A stretch of DNA of 64,000 nt from Pristiophorus japonicus (Eukaryota), in the NCBI RefSeq assembly GCF_044704955.1, contig NC_091984.1, positions 178,374,001 through 178,438,000 on the forward strand. Direction: 5' to 3'. The position numbers and the translations under genes were made by a program. The notes below the pieces were generated by a model, which worked only from the letters and a program-made list of their open reading frames with translations, did no database searches and had not been told where the DNA came from. Below, one piece after another: positions 23,930 through 35,365 of this stretch (positions are counted from its first letter, which is position 1; each line of letters starts with the position of its first letter).

Positions 23930-24110
23930 CAGAAGCAGATTATCTGGTCATTTATGTAATTGCTGTTTGTGAGACTTTGTTGTGTGCAAATTGGCCACCG
24001 TGTGTCCCTACATTACAACAGTGACCACACTTCAAAGTTATTTTGTTGGCTGGAAAGTGCTTTGGGACATCCTGAAAGGTGCCAAATAAATGCAAGTTTG
24101 TTTGTTCTTT
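23930..24110 (+). mobile_element. SacSINE1-like 3' half
   Basis: cagattatctggtcatt...acattacaacagtgac...ataaatgcaagt. Confidence 0.7.
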
Positions 24111-24640
24111 CTTTACTAACATGTTATTTCTGTTGCTGTATGCTTATCAAATAATTCTTCCATAACAGCAGCAGTTCCCTTTGGGTAGCTGAAACAATCT
24201 TTCGGTAGTTAGTACAAGGGGTTCCTGATAGCTGCTGGGACCCCCTGCCCCAACAATCCCAAACTAGGGAGGTGAACCGTCAACCATTTCATGAGCACCA
24301 GTCAGTGCACCCAAATGACATGTTCACTTGGATATCAGGCAACAAGGTTAGCTTCAGCTGTGATGCCTCCCTCAGAAACACCCACTGTTAAAGTTTACAC
24401 ATTAAAATGATTACTTCAATTGGAGGCCCGCTGCCGCTCGTACACCTGTATCCAGCACAAATCACTGTCTTCAGACGAAGAGAGAAATGTCAAGAGAATA
24501 ACTTTTAAAAAACAAAATAGGGATTCAAAGAAAATGGAAAGCATCTTTCTGAAAGTAATCCCAAGAAAAATCAGGGTGTTATTTGGCTAAATCCAGAAGT
24601 ACTGCGTGCATAATATACAACTCATTTTCACAAATCTCAC

Positions 24641-24808
24641 CTTAGCCTCTCCAGACTTATGTTTTTCCCATTCCCTGCAACTTTTGTAATCTATTTTCCA
24701 CTGCTTACATGAGGGGAACTCTCCATATGTGTAGTAGTGATGAAAGAAATTCCCCAGACTCTGACAGTGCTTCCACTCACACCAGTAATCATCGCACATC
24801 CGAGGAGG
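24641..24808 (-). CDS. C22orf39: C22orf39 coding exon 2
   Basis: ttacag acceptor; PPRMCDDYWCEWKHCQSLGNFFHHYYTYGEFPSCKQWKIDYKSCREWEKHKSGEAK matches human PPRPCEAYRAEWKLCRS..HHYY..C..W..D..SCRDWEE; 168 nt; GTGAGA donor. Confidence 0.95.
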
Positions 24809-24949
24809 CTGTAATGACACGATTGGTAGTTACAGGTCAGGGGAAGTTGACAAAACACAAACAGACATTATGAAAACAGCTTAGGTCCGGGAGCAAGAAT
24901 TCTGTAAACCCCTATTTAATGTTGTTGCTCAATCCCAAGAACCAGAGTT

Positions 24950-26547
24950 CATACTGTCTGTGTGAATTCAGAGCTGAGCTGTATTGTGTCAGTACTGTCT
25001 GTGTGAATGCAGAAACTGTACCATACCAGTACTGTCTGTGTGGATGCAGAAACTGTACCAGGCCAGTACTGTCTGTGTGAATGCAAAAACTGTGCAAAAG
25101 CAAAATACTGTGGATGCTGGAATCTGGAATAAAAACAGAAAATGCTAGAAATCTCAGCGGGTCAAGCAGCATCTGTGGAGATAGAAAACAGAGTTAACGT
25201 TCCGGGTTGATGACCCTTCATCAGAACTGCATTCTGACGAAGAGTTATCAACCCGAAACGTTATCTCTGCTTTCTCTCCACAGATGCTCCCTGACCCGCT
25301 GAGATTTCCAGCATTTTCTGTTTTTATTCCATCCCAGTACTGTCTGTGTGAATAAAGAAACTGTACCATGCCAGTACTGCCTGTGTGAATACAGAACTGT
25401 ACCATGCCAGGACTGTCTGTGTGAATAAAGAAACTGTACCATGCCAGTACTGCCTGTGTGAATACAGAACTGTATCATGCCAGTACTGTCTGTGTGAATA
25501 AAGAAACTGTACCATGCCAGTACTGCCTGTGTGAATACAGAACTGTATCATGCCAGTACTGTCTGTGTGAATAAAGAAACTGTACCATGCCAGTACTGCC
25601 TGTGTGAATACAGAACTGTACCATGCCAGTACTGCCTGTGTGAATACAGAACTGTACCATGCCAGTACTGCCTGTGTGAATACAGAACTGTACCATGCCA
25701 GTACTGCCTGTGTGAATACAGAACTGTATCATGCCAGTACTGTCTGTGTGAATAAAGAAACTGTACCATGCCAGTACTGCCTGTGTGAATACAGAACTGT
25801 ACCATGCCAGGACTGTCTGTGTGAATAAAGAAACTGTACCATGCCAGTACTGCCTGTGTGAATACAGAACTGTATCATGCCAGTACTGTCTGTGTGAATA
25901 AAGAAACTGTACCATGCCAGTACTGCCTGTGTGAATACAGAACTGTACCATGCCAGTACTGCCTGTGTGAATACAGAACTGTACCATGCCAGTACTGCCT
26001 GTGTGAATACAGAACTGTACCATGCCAGTACTGCCTGTGTGAATACAGAACTGTACCATGCCAGGACTGTCTGTGTGAATAAAGAATCTGTACCATGCCA
26101 GTACTGTCTGTGTGAATACAGAACTGTACCATGCCAGGACTGTCTGTGTGAATAAAGAAACTGTACCATGCCAGGACTGTCTGTGTGAATACAGAACTGT
26201 ACCATGCCAGGACTATCTGTGTGAATACAGAACTGTACCATGCCAGGACTGGCTGTGTGAATACAGAACTGTACCATGCCAGGACTGGCTGTGTGAATAC
26301 AGAACTGTACCATGCCAGGACTGGCTGTGTGAATACAGAACTGTACCATGCCAGGACTGCCTGTGTGAATACAGAACTGTACCATGCCAGGACTGCCTGT
26401 GTGAATACAGAACTGTACCATGCCAGGACTGCCTGTGTGAATACATAACTGTACCATGCCAGGACTGTCTGGGTGAATACAGAACTGTACCATGCCAGGA
26501 CTGTCTGTGTGAATACAGAACTGTACCAATCCAGGACTGTCTGTGTA
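24950..26547. repeat. 36/37-bp minisatellite in C22orf39 intron 1
   Basis: Unit ctgtgtgaatacagaactgtaccatgccagtactgc; about 33 units at 25331-26547 plus about 4 degenerate units left of the inserted inverted repeat. Confidence 0.95.
25094..25330. mobile_element. Back-to-back inverted pair of Penelope-like terminal repeats
   Basis: About 100-bp arms forming a long palindrome centred at ~25230; each arm starts with a hammerhead-like core. Confidence 0.65.
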
Positions 26548-27010
26548 GATGCATGCAATGCATTATCAGTCCTGATATCTGAAAAACTGCCGACCATCTA
26601 CATTTAACATTTGAAATTTATTAAATTCCGAACCGATTTTTGTAAAAAATAAATCCGGCTGCTCAGCAACAGGCCAAGCAGAACCCAGTGTGCTGTCCTA
26701 TCACTGTGAGATTTTCGCCTTTGCTAAAATTATTTATTTCATCTGACCCTCGAATGACATTCTGTCCAGTTGGAGAACTTTCTAAAACCGAAAGCTGGTC
26801 GATAATTTTTCAACCAGATGTGAGCACATTCAGCATGAGCTCCTGTGACTTGTGATGTGGAGCAATCAGGTTATTTAACCTTTGCACCGAATGTTCAACA
26901 AGAAAACAACAATATCAGAACTCAGGCCACTTTCTGTGTAATAGACTAAACCCGCGGTCTATTCTGCAGCCTCGGCCTGTCTCCTGCCCATAGTCCGGAG
27001 CCGCACTCAC

Positions 27011-27034
27011 CCTCCACATTCCCTGGTCCGCCAT
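27011..27034 (-). CDS. C22orf39: C22orf39 coding exon 1; joined product 105 aa
   Basis: ATG GCG GAC CAG GGA ATG TGG AGG (MADQGMWR; human MADGSGWQ), GTGAGT donor, phase 0 fits exon 2. Confidence 0.88.
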
Positions 27035-27084
27035 CCTGTGCCTGCCGGCAACTTATCCGCAGCCTGCTGAAGGACATCGCACGC

Positions 27085-27275
27085 ATCCAATTGGAATCAC
27101 TCTTCCGCTCCCTCCCTCCTAACTGACAGTAAGTCAACCAATCAGTGTTGAATGTTTCTGTGGGGCTTCACCTCCGAATGGAAGCTTCACCAATCAGCGA
27201 TAAATAAACCGTCGTATATTAATATCCATAAGCAGCTTTAGCCAATCAGCGCAAACATAGAGTGGGGCTTCTTCA
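27085..27275 (-). promoter_or_regulatory. C22orf39 promoter with multiple CCAAT boxes
   Basis: CCAAT at 27087, 27138, 27190 and 27242; the last three in NF-Y-like CCAATCAG context. Confidence 0.6.
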
Positions 27276-27654
27276 AACGTGACCTCGTTGCCTCCAGTCT
27301 GGCAGTGGTGCACTTGCTCAGCTCAGCAGCAATGTACGTTTAAAGGCACAGTTACTGGAACTTCCTGTTCTACTAAATAACGAACACAGATCTATATAGA
27401 CTATATCAAGCTGCTCACTGTAGCTTTATATAGACTAACTACATTTAGTTTGAGTTTGAATCCAGTAACAGAAATGCTCTGAGTTTTGTTTGATTTATCT
27501 TAGGGTAAAAAATAAACTTTCCAGGTTTTGTTCCTCAAGAGGTTGGGGTAGAGTGCACGAGAGAGCAGATTGTAGCTCCATGAGACAAACCCCGCTGTGT
27601 CAGACAACTGGCCCCTCCCTTCATCTCCTGTTGCACTGTCCTTTCAAGCTCCCT

Positions 27655-29056
27655 GCTGGAGTGTAACTAAACTACAGAACCAGTGGGAACCTGTTCAACC
27701 TTCGCCATCGCCAGGCCAGGTCCAAGACCACCCCAACCTTTGTCATCGAGCTACAGTACGCGGATAACGCCTGCGTCTGCGCACATACAGAGGCTGAACT
27801 CCAGGACATTTACTCGACATATTCACTGAGGCGTATGAAAACATGGGCCTTACGCTAAACATCCATAAGACAAAGATCCTCCACCAGCCTGTCTTTGCCG
27901 CACAGCACTGCCCCCTAGTCATCAAGATCCACGGCGCGGCCCTGGACAATGTGGACCATTTCCCATACCTCGGGAGCCTCTTATCAACAAGAGCAGACAT
28001 TGATGACGAGATTCAACACTGCCTCCAGTGCACCAGTGTAGCCTTCAGCCACCTGAGGAAAAGAGTCTTTGAAGACCAGGCCCTCAAATCTGCCATCAAG
28101 CTCATAGTCTACAGAGCTGTAGTAATACCTGCCCTCCTGTATGGCTCAGAGACATAGATCATGTACAGTAGACACATCGAAACATAGAAATTTACAGCGC
28201 TGAAGGAGGCCATTCTGGCCCATTGTATCCGCCCCGGCCGACAAAGAGCCACATGGCCCCCGGTCAGCAGCCCTAAAGGCCTCACATAAACCCATGAACA
28301 ATGACGGAAAGGCAAAGAGCACCCAGCCCAACCAATCCACCTCACCACAACTGCGACACCCTTATACTAAAACATTCTACACTCCACCCCAACCGGAGCC
28401 ATGTGATCTCCTGGGAGAGACTAAAACCAGAAAAAAACCCAGGCCAATTTAGGGAGAAAAAATCTGGGAAAATTCCTCAAGTCGCTGGAGAAATATCACC
28501 AATGATGCCTCCACAAGATCCTACAAATCCCCTGGGAGGTCAGACGCACCAGCATTAGCGTCCTCGTCCATGCCAATATCCCCAGCATTGAAGCACTGAC
28601 CACACTTGAACAGCTCCGCTGGGCAGGCCACATCATTCGCATGCCAGACACGAGACTCCCAAAGCAAGCACTCTACTCGGAACTCCTTTTGTGGAAAATG
28701 AGCCAAAGGTGGGCGGAAGAAACGTTACAGGGACACCCTCAAAGCCTCTCTGAAAAAGTGCAACATCCCCACTGACACCTGGGAGTCCCTGGCCAAAGAG
28801 CGGCCTAAGTGGAGGAAGTGCATCCGAGAGGGCGCTGAGCACCTCGAGTCTCGTCGTTGAGAGCATGCAGAAATCAAGCGCGCAGTGGAAAGAGCATGCA
28901 GCAAACCTGCACCACCTACCCTTTCTCTCAACGACTATCTGTCCTACCTGTGACAGGGACTGTGGTTCTCGTATTGGACTGTTCAGCCACCTAAGGACTC
29001 ATTTTAAGAGTGGAAGCAAGTCTTCCTCGATTCCGAGCGACTGCCGATGATGATAA
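27655..29056 (+). mobile_element. RTE LINE 3' part (with a minus-strand LINE/SINE 3' end inserted at ~28180-28475)
   Basis: ELQYADN, GLTLNIHKTK, FPYLGS, LLYGSET, CPTCDRDCGSRIGLFSHLRTH; tail (gat)n. Confidence 0.88.
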
Positions 29057-29072
29057 TGTCCTTCCATCTTCT

Positions 29073-29190
29073 ACAAAAACAAACTACTATGAATGCTGGA
29101 AATCTGAAATAAAAACAGAAAATGCTGGAAATACTCAGCAGGTCAGACAGCATCTGTGGAGAGAGAAACAGACTTAACGTTTCCAGTCGA
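29073..29190 (-). mobile_element. Penelope-like terminal repeat, truncated
   Basis: Same repeat as 22891-23028 but lacking the CTGA half of the core. Confidence 0.6.
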
Positions 29191-29245
29191 TGTTCTGTCT
29201 GCCAGCCTGCAAATCTGTGCTATCAGCCCTGTGTCGAGTCTGCTC

Positions 29246-31960
29246 AACAACAATTTGGATTTATATAGCGCCTTTAATGTAGTAAAACGTCCCAAGGCAC
29301 TTCACATGAGCATTCGAAAACAAAATTTGACACTGAGCCACATAAGGAGAAATTAGGTGAATGACTAAAAGCTTGGTCAAAGAGATAGTTTTTAAAGTGC
29401 GTCTTAAAGGAAGAAACAGTGGTAGAGAATTGGAGAGGTTTAGGGAGAGAATTCCAGAGATTAGGGCCTTAGCAGCTGAAGACATGGCCACCAATGGTGG
29501 TGCGATTAAAATCAGGGATGCTCAAGAGGCCAGAATTTGAGGGGTGCAGACATTTAGGAAGATTGTGGGGCTGGAGGAGATTACAGAAATAGGGAGGGTT
29601 GAGGCCATGGAGGAATTTGTAAACAAGGATGAGGCATTTGAAATAAAGGCATTACTTAACCAGGAGTCAATGTAGTTCAGCGAGCACAGGGGTGATGGGT
29701 GAGTGGAGCTTGGTGCGAGTTGGGGCACGGGCAGCAGAGTATTGTATGACCTCAAGTTTACGGAGGGTAGAATATGGGAGGCCAGCCAGGAGTGCATTGG
29801 AATAGGCGGGTCTAGATGTAACAAAGGCATGGATGAGAGCAGATGGGCGGAGTCGGGAATGGGCGGAGTCAGGCGTTGCTATGGAGGTGGCATTAGGCGG
29901 TCTTACTGATGGTGCGGATATGTGGTCAGAAGTTCACTTCAGAGTCAACTATGACACAGAGGTCGCGAACAGTCTGGTTCAGCCTCAGACAGAAGTTAGG
30001 GAGAAGGATGGAGTTGGTGGCTAGCAAATGGAGTTTGTGGCAGTGACCGAAGATAATGGTTTCAGTCTTCCCAATATTTAGTTGGAGAAAATTTCTGCTC
30101 ATCCAGTACTGGATGTCGGACAAGCAGTCTGACAATTTAGAGGCCGAGGAGGGGTTGAGAGAAGTGGTAGTGAGGTAGAGTTGGGCGTCATCAGCGTGTG
30201 GAAACTGACGCTGTGTTTTCAGAGAATGTTGCCGAGGAGCAGCATGTAGATGGGAAATAGGAGGGGCCAAGGATAGATCCTTGAGGACACCAGAGGTAAC
30301 GATGCGGGAGTGGGAAGAGAAGCCATTGCAGGTGATTCTCTGGCTATGATTAGATAGATAAGAATGGAACCAGGCAAGTGCAGTCCCACCCAGCTGGACA
30401 ATGGTGGAGAGGCATTGCAGGAGGATGCTGTGGTCAAATTCTACAGACAGGTTGAGAAGGAGGATGAGGGATAGTTTGCCTTTGTCACAGTTACATAGGA
30501 TGTCATTTGTGACTTTGATAAAAGCTGTTTCGGTACTGTGGCAGGGGCGGAAATCTGATTGGAGGGATTCAAACATGGAGTTCCGGGTGAGATGGGTATG
30601 GATTTAGGAGGCGACAACACTTTCAAGGACTTTGAAGAGGAAAGGGAGGTTGGAGGAGGGACGGTAGCTTGCAAGGACAGAGGGGTGAGGGTTTTTTTTT
30701 AGGGGACGGGTGATGACGGCAGATTTGAAAGAGAAAGGTCAGTACCTGAGAAGAGAGAACTATCAACAATGTCCGCTAAGATGGAAGCCAGAAAAGGAAG
30801 TTGGGTGGTCAACAGTTTAGTGGGAATAGGATCGAGGGAGCAGGAAGTGAGTCTCATGGACAAGATGAACTTGCAGAAGGCATGAGGGGAGATTGGTGAG
30901 AAACTGGAGAAATATGTGAGTTCAGGTTGAGGGGAGGGTAGACCTTCAAGGAAGTTTGGCCCGGTGGGCTAGGGAAAGGAGGGGAAGTGGCAGAGGCAGC
31001 TGATTGGATGGTCTCAATCTTAGTGACAAAGAAGTCCATGAGTTTCTCGGAGTTGTTGGAGGTGAGGGTGGAGGAGACTGGGGAGAAGGATTTAAGAAGA
31101 CGGTTTGCTGTAAAGAAAAGAAACCAGGGGTTATCTTTGTATTCCAGAATGACCCTGGAATAGTGAGCAGTTTTGGAAGATGAGAGGAGGACACGATACA
31201 GCCAGATCTGGCAGTGAATGGCTAAACCAGTTATCCACCACATCCGTTCAAGTCTGTGTCCCTTGTACTTGAGGGAGCGGAGGTGAGGCCTGGACCAGGG
31301 GTAACAGCCAGGGTGAGAGCGAGTAATGGTTTTAATGGGGACTAGGGCATCAAAGGTGGTGGGTGTGGGTGCAGCTGCAGAAATGTCATGGTGAATGGAC
31401 GGCCAAAGATTGGGCAGTTGGGATTTTGAAAGTGCAGTTGCAAGTGAGTTTGGAGAGAATTCTTCCAGGAGAGGACATAGAAAGAAGTAGGGTTGGGAGG
31501 GAGAAGGGGGATATGGGTGGAGAGCAATACAAGGAAGTAGTCAGAGATGACCTTATCTGTGATTGGCATGATGGGATTATCACGACCACGTGAGATGGCA
31601 AGGTCAAGGGCATGTCTGTGATTATGGGTTGGGGAGTTTACATGGAGGGATAGATTAAGGAAGGTTAGGAGGGCAGGTAACTCAGAGGAGAGAGTGAATG
31701 ATGAATTGAGATGGTGTTGACATCACCGAGGCTGAGAAGACACTTGGTGCAGAGGCTAAGGGAGGAAAGCAAGGAAGATACTTCGGTGAGAACATGTTTA
31801 TGGTACTTGGGTGGCCAGTGGAGAATGAGGATTTTAAATGAGAGGTGAGGGGGTGGAACAACTTGAGATGCTCAAAGGAGGAGAAAGTAGCAGGAGAGTA
31901 GGGGGATAGACAAAAGTGTGATTTGGTCATAAGAGCTACGCCACCAATGCGACGGTATGG
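29246..31960 (-). mobile_element. L2 LINE, about 2.7 kb, frameshifted ORF2
   Basis: QSDFRPCHSTETAFIKVTNDIL, ADDAQLY, LQLNIGKTE motifs; L2 tail at 29246. Confidence 0.9.
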
Positions 31961-32029
31961 GCGGGGCGAGCGGTTGGAAGTATAGCCAGGCGGGGAGGCT
32001 TCTTTTGGGGGAAGGTGTTATTCCCCTCT

Positions 32030-32465
32030 CAGCCTGCTCACTGAGATATCAGCTCTGTGTCACATTTGCTCACTCTGGGATATCAGCCCTGTATCATGCT
32101 GCTCACTCTGTGATATCAGCCCTGTGTCATGCTGCTCACTCTGTGATCAGCCCTATGTCATGCTGCTCACTCTGTGATATCAGCCCTGTGTCATGCTGCT
32201 CACTCTGTGATCAGCCCTGTGTCATGCTGCTCACTCTGGGATATCAGCCCTGTGTCACATTTGCTCACTCTGTGATATCAGCCCTGTGTCATGCTGCTCA
32301 CTTTGTGATCAGCCCTATGTCATGCTGCTCACTCTGTGATATTAGCCCTATGTCATGTTGCTCACTCTGTGATATCAGCCCTGTGTCATGCTGCTCACTC
32401 TGTGATCAGCCCTGTGTCATGTCTGCAGCTTTGTGAGATCAGTTCTGTGTCATGCTGCTCACTCT
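32030..32465. repeat. 31-34-bp minisatellite
   Basis: Unit ctctgtgatatcagccctgtgtcatgctgctca, about 13 copies; degenerate blocks also at 29195-29245, 42510-42750 and 43855-44000. Confidence 0.9.
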
Positions 32466-32469
32466 AGAA

Positions 32470-33880
32470 TTCTGATAGAGGTCTTCAAAAATTATGAAGG
32501 GGTTCGATAGTCTAGATGTAGAGAAGATGTTTGCACTTCTGGGAGAGTCCAAAACTAAGAGCCATAAATATAAGATAGTTACCAATAAATCTAATGAGGA
32601 ATTCAAGAGAAACGTCTTTACTCAGAGAGATGTTAGAATGCAGAACTCGCTAACACATGGAGTGGTTGAGGTGAACAGCATTGATGCATTTAAGCAGAAG
32701 TACATAAGTACATGAGGGAGAAAGGAATAGATGGATATGTTGATAGGGTGAGATGAAATCAGGTGGGAGGAGGCTCATGTAGAGCATAAACACTAGCGTA
32801 CCATCATCATCATAGGCAGTCCCTCGAAGCGAGGATGACTTGCTTCCATGCCAAAAAGGGATGAGTTCACATGTGTTTCAATGAAGGACCTAATATTCCA
32901 GATCCCGAACTACATCGTGAAGGATGGAAGATGCCTGTGCGTGGATTTTTTTAACGTGTGGTAGCCATTGCACACCAGCCACCTCACGGCTTGACAGAGC
33001 TAGGTCTTCGTCCAGTGGCAAGGATTACCCAAGACTAACTGGAGGCCAGCTCTGCTGCACGGACCGAGCGCGCACACATATCACAGTGTGGGCTGGCCCA
33101 TACTGCCCCCTGGACCCTCACCTCTTCTGGGCCCCAGATTCATACCTCATCTGGGCCCCAGTCACTTCCCTTTATGGACTCTTGCTGCTCCTTCGCTCTT
33201 CCTGCTGTGCCTACCCGCACTGCAATCAGCATCCCGATGTTGGGGAAGTCCAGAACCAGGGACACAGTCTAAGAATAAGGGGTAAGCCATTTAGGACCGA
33301 GATGAGGAGAAACTTCTCCACTCAGAGAGTTGTTAATCTGTGGAATTCTCTACCACAGAGAGTTGTTGATGCCAGTTCGTTCGATATATTCAAGAGGGAG
33401 TTAGATATGGCCCTTATGGCTAAAGGGATCAAGGGGTAGGGAGAGAAAGCAGGAAAGGGGTACTGAGGTGAATGATCAGCCGTGATCTTATTGAATGGTG
33501 GTGCAGGCTCGAAGGGCCAAATAGCCTACTCCTGCACCTATTTTCTATGTTTCTATGTTTCCATGTTTCGTAGCCGTCGCCCTCCTGCAGCAGCACGCAC
33601 TGCTCCCTGCAGTGGTATGCCGCCACACGCTGCTCCCTTCAATGGCCCCGGCCTGCTAATGGTCTTGCAGGCCAGGACCGTGCCAATTTCTGGGCTGGGC
33701 CGCTGCAGGCTGCTCCATCCAATGGCCCCGGCCTGCTTCGTATTCTCCACGCAGCAGCGCCGATGTAGGCCCTGGCGTAGCGCAGCAGAACGCGTGGGGG
33801 GGCGGAGCCAGGTCCCGGCGCTGCACTATCAGGCTGAATGACCAGTTTCTGTGCTGTAAATTCTATGTAATTTCAATGTA
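32470..33880 (+). mobile_element. CR1 3' end interrupted by an RTE-tailed retroposon (32801-33830, minus), itself interrupted by a CR1 3' end (33236-33568, plus)
   Basis: MKGFDSLDVEKMF / GHSLRIRGKPFRTEMRRNF peptides; reverse RTE tail catcatcatcataggcagtccctcg. Confidence 0.75.
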
Positions 33881-35160
33881 GAATCATAGAGTGATAGAGT
33901 ACAGAAGGAGGCCATTCGGCCTGTGCCGGCTCTTTGGTAGAGCTATCCAATTCTGTTATTTTTTTAATTTGCGCACCTTCCGGTAGCTTCCGGTTCGTTG
34001 CCATGAATCACTCCGTAAATGGATGTAAATGTTATTTTTAAAATTTCCCCGTTAGTTTTTTAATTTGCATGGCTTCCGATAGCTTCCGGTTCATTGTTAG
34101 AAGTCACTCCGATCCAATTAATCCTACTCCCCAGCTCATTCCACATAGCCCTGTAAATTTGTTCCATACCAGTATTTATCCAATTCGCTTTTGAATGTTA
34201 CTATTGAATTTGCTTCCACCATCCTTTCAGGCAGCACCTTCCAAATCACAGCAACTCGCTGTGTAAAATATGTTACTTCATGTTGCCTCTGGTTCTTATG
34301 CTATTCACTTTAATTCTGTCTTCTCCGGTTACCAACCCTTCTGCCACTAGAAACTGTTTCTCTTTATTTACTCTATCAAAACCATTCATGATTTTGAACA
34401 TCTTTATCAAGTCTTCTCTTAACATTCTCTACCCTAATGAGAACCACAGTTTCTGCAGTCTCTCCATGTAACTAAAGTCCCTCATCCTTGGTACCGTTCT
34501 AGTAAATCTTCTCTGCGCCCCCTCCAAAGCCTTGACATCCTAATAAGTGTGGTGCCCAGAATTGGCCACAATTCTCCAGCTGGTGCCTAACCAGTATTTT
34601 ATAAAGGTTTAGCATAACTTCTTTGCTTTTGTATTCTATGCCTCTATTTATCAATCCAAGGATCTCCTATACCTTGTTAACAGTCTTCTCAACTTGTCCT
34701 GCCACCTTCAAACCCTGTGTACATACACACTCATGTCTCTATTCCTTTAAACTGTTACCATTTAATTAAATTGCCTTTCCACATTCTTCGTACCAAAATG
34801 TGTCACTTCACATATCGCTGCCTTAAATTTCATCTGTCATGTCTCTGCCGATTTCACCAGTCTGTCCATATCCCTCTGATGTCCGTTACTATCCGCATCA
34901 TTGTTTACTACATTTCTGAGTTTCATATCATCTGCAAACTTTCAAATTATGCCCTGTATAACCGAGTCCAAGTCATTAATATATTTCAAAAAGAGCAGTG
35001 ATCCTCACACACACCACTGTATATCTCCCTCCACTCTGAGAAACAATTATTCACCACTACGCTCTGCCTTCTGTCCCTTAGCCAATTTTGTATCCATGCT
35101 GCCACTGTCCCTTTAATACCATGGGCTTTAATTTTGCTTACAAGTCTATTATGTGGTACT
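33880..35160 (-). mobile_element. CR1 LINE 3' part (5' part at 40703-42505)
   Basis: KVPHNRLVSKIKAHGIKG onward to the CR1 tail; joins ..YMDFQRRL at 40703. Confidence 0.8.
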
Positions 35161-35365
35161 TTGGAAGCAGTGTAGTTGATGTGGTGTATATGGATTTCCA
35201 AAAGACGTTTGATCAAGTACCACATATTCGGCTTGTTAGAAAAATTGAAGCCCATGGGATCAAAGCTCTTCTTAAGGGTAATTAGAGATGGGCAATAAAT
35301 GCTGGCCTTGCCAATAGTGCCCACATCCTGTGAATGTGAAAAAAAGGCAGTAGCAGCACAGATAC

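Noticed and set aside
25324-26597. Long repetitive Cys/His-rich ORFs (up to 266 aa), and a CRISPR-like appearance of the 36-bp repeats
   Set aside because: Artefact of a 36-bp (12-codon) tandem unit inside an intron; units are contiguous with no unique spacers, there are no cas genes, and the context is vertebrate.
31957-32436. Cys-rich metallothionein/keratin-associated-like ORF
   Set aside because: Translation of the 31-34-bp minisatellite.
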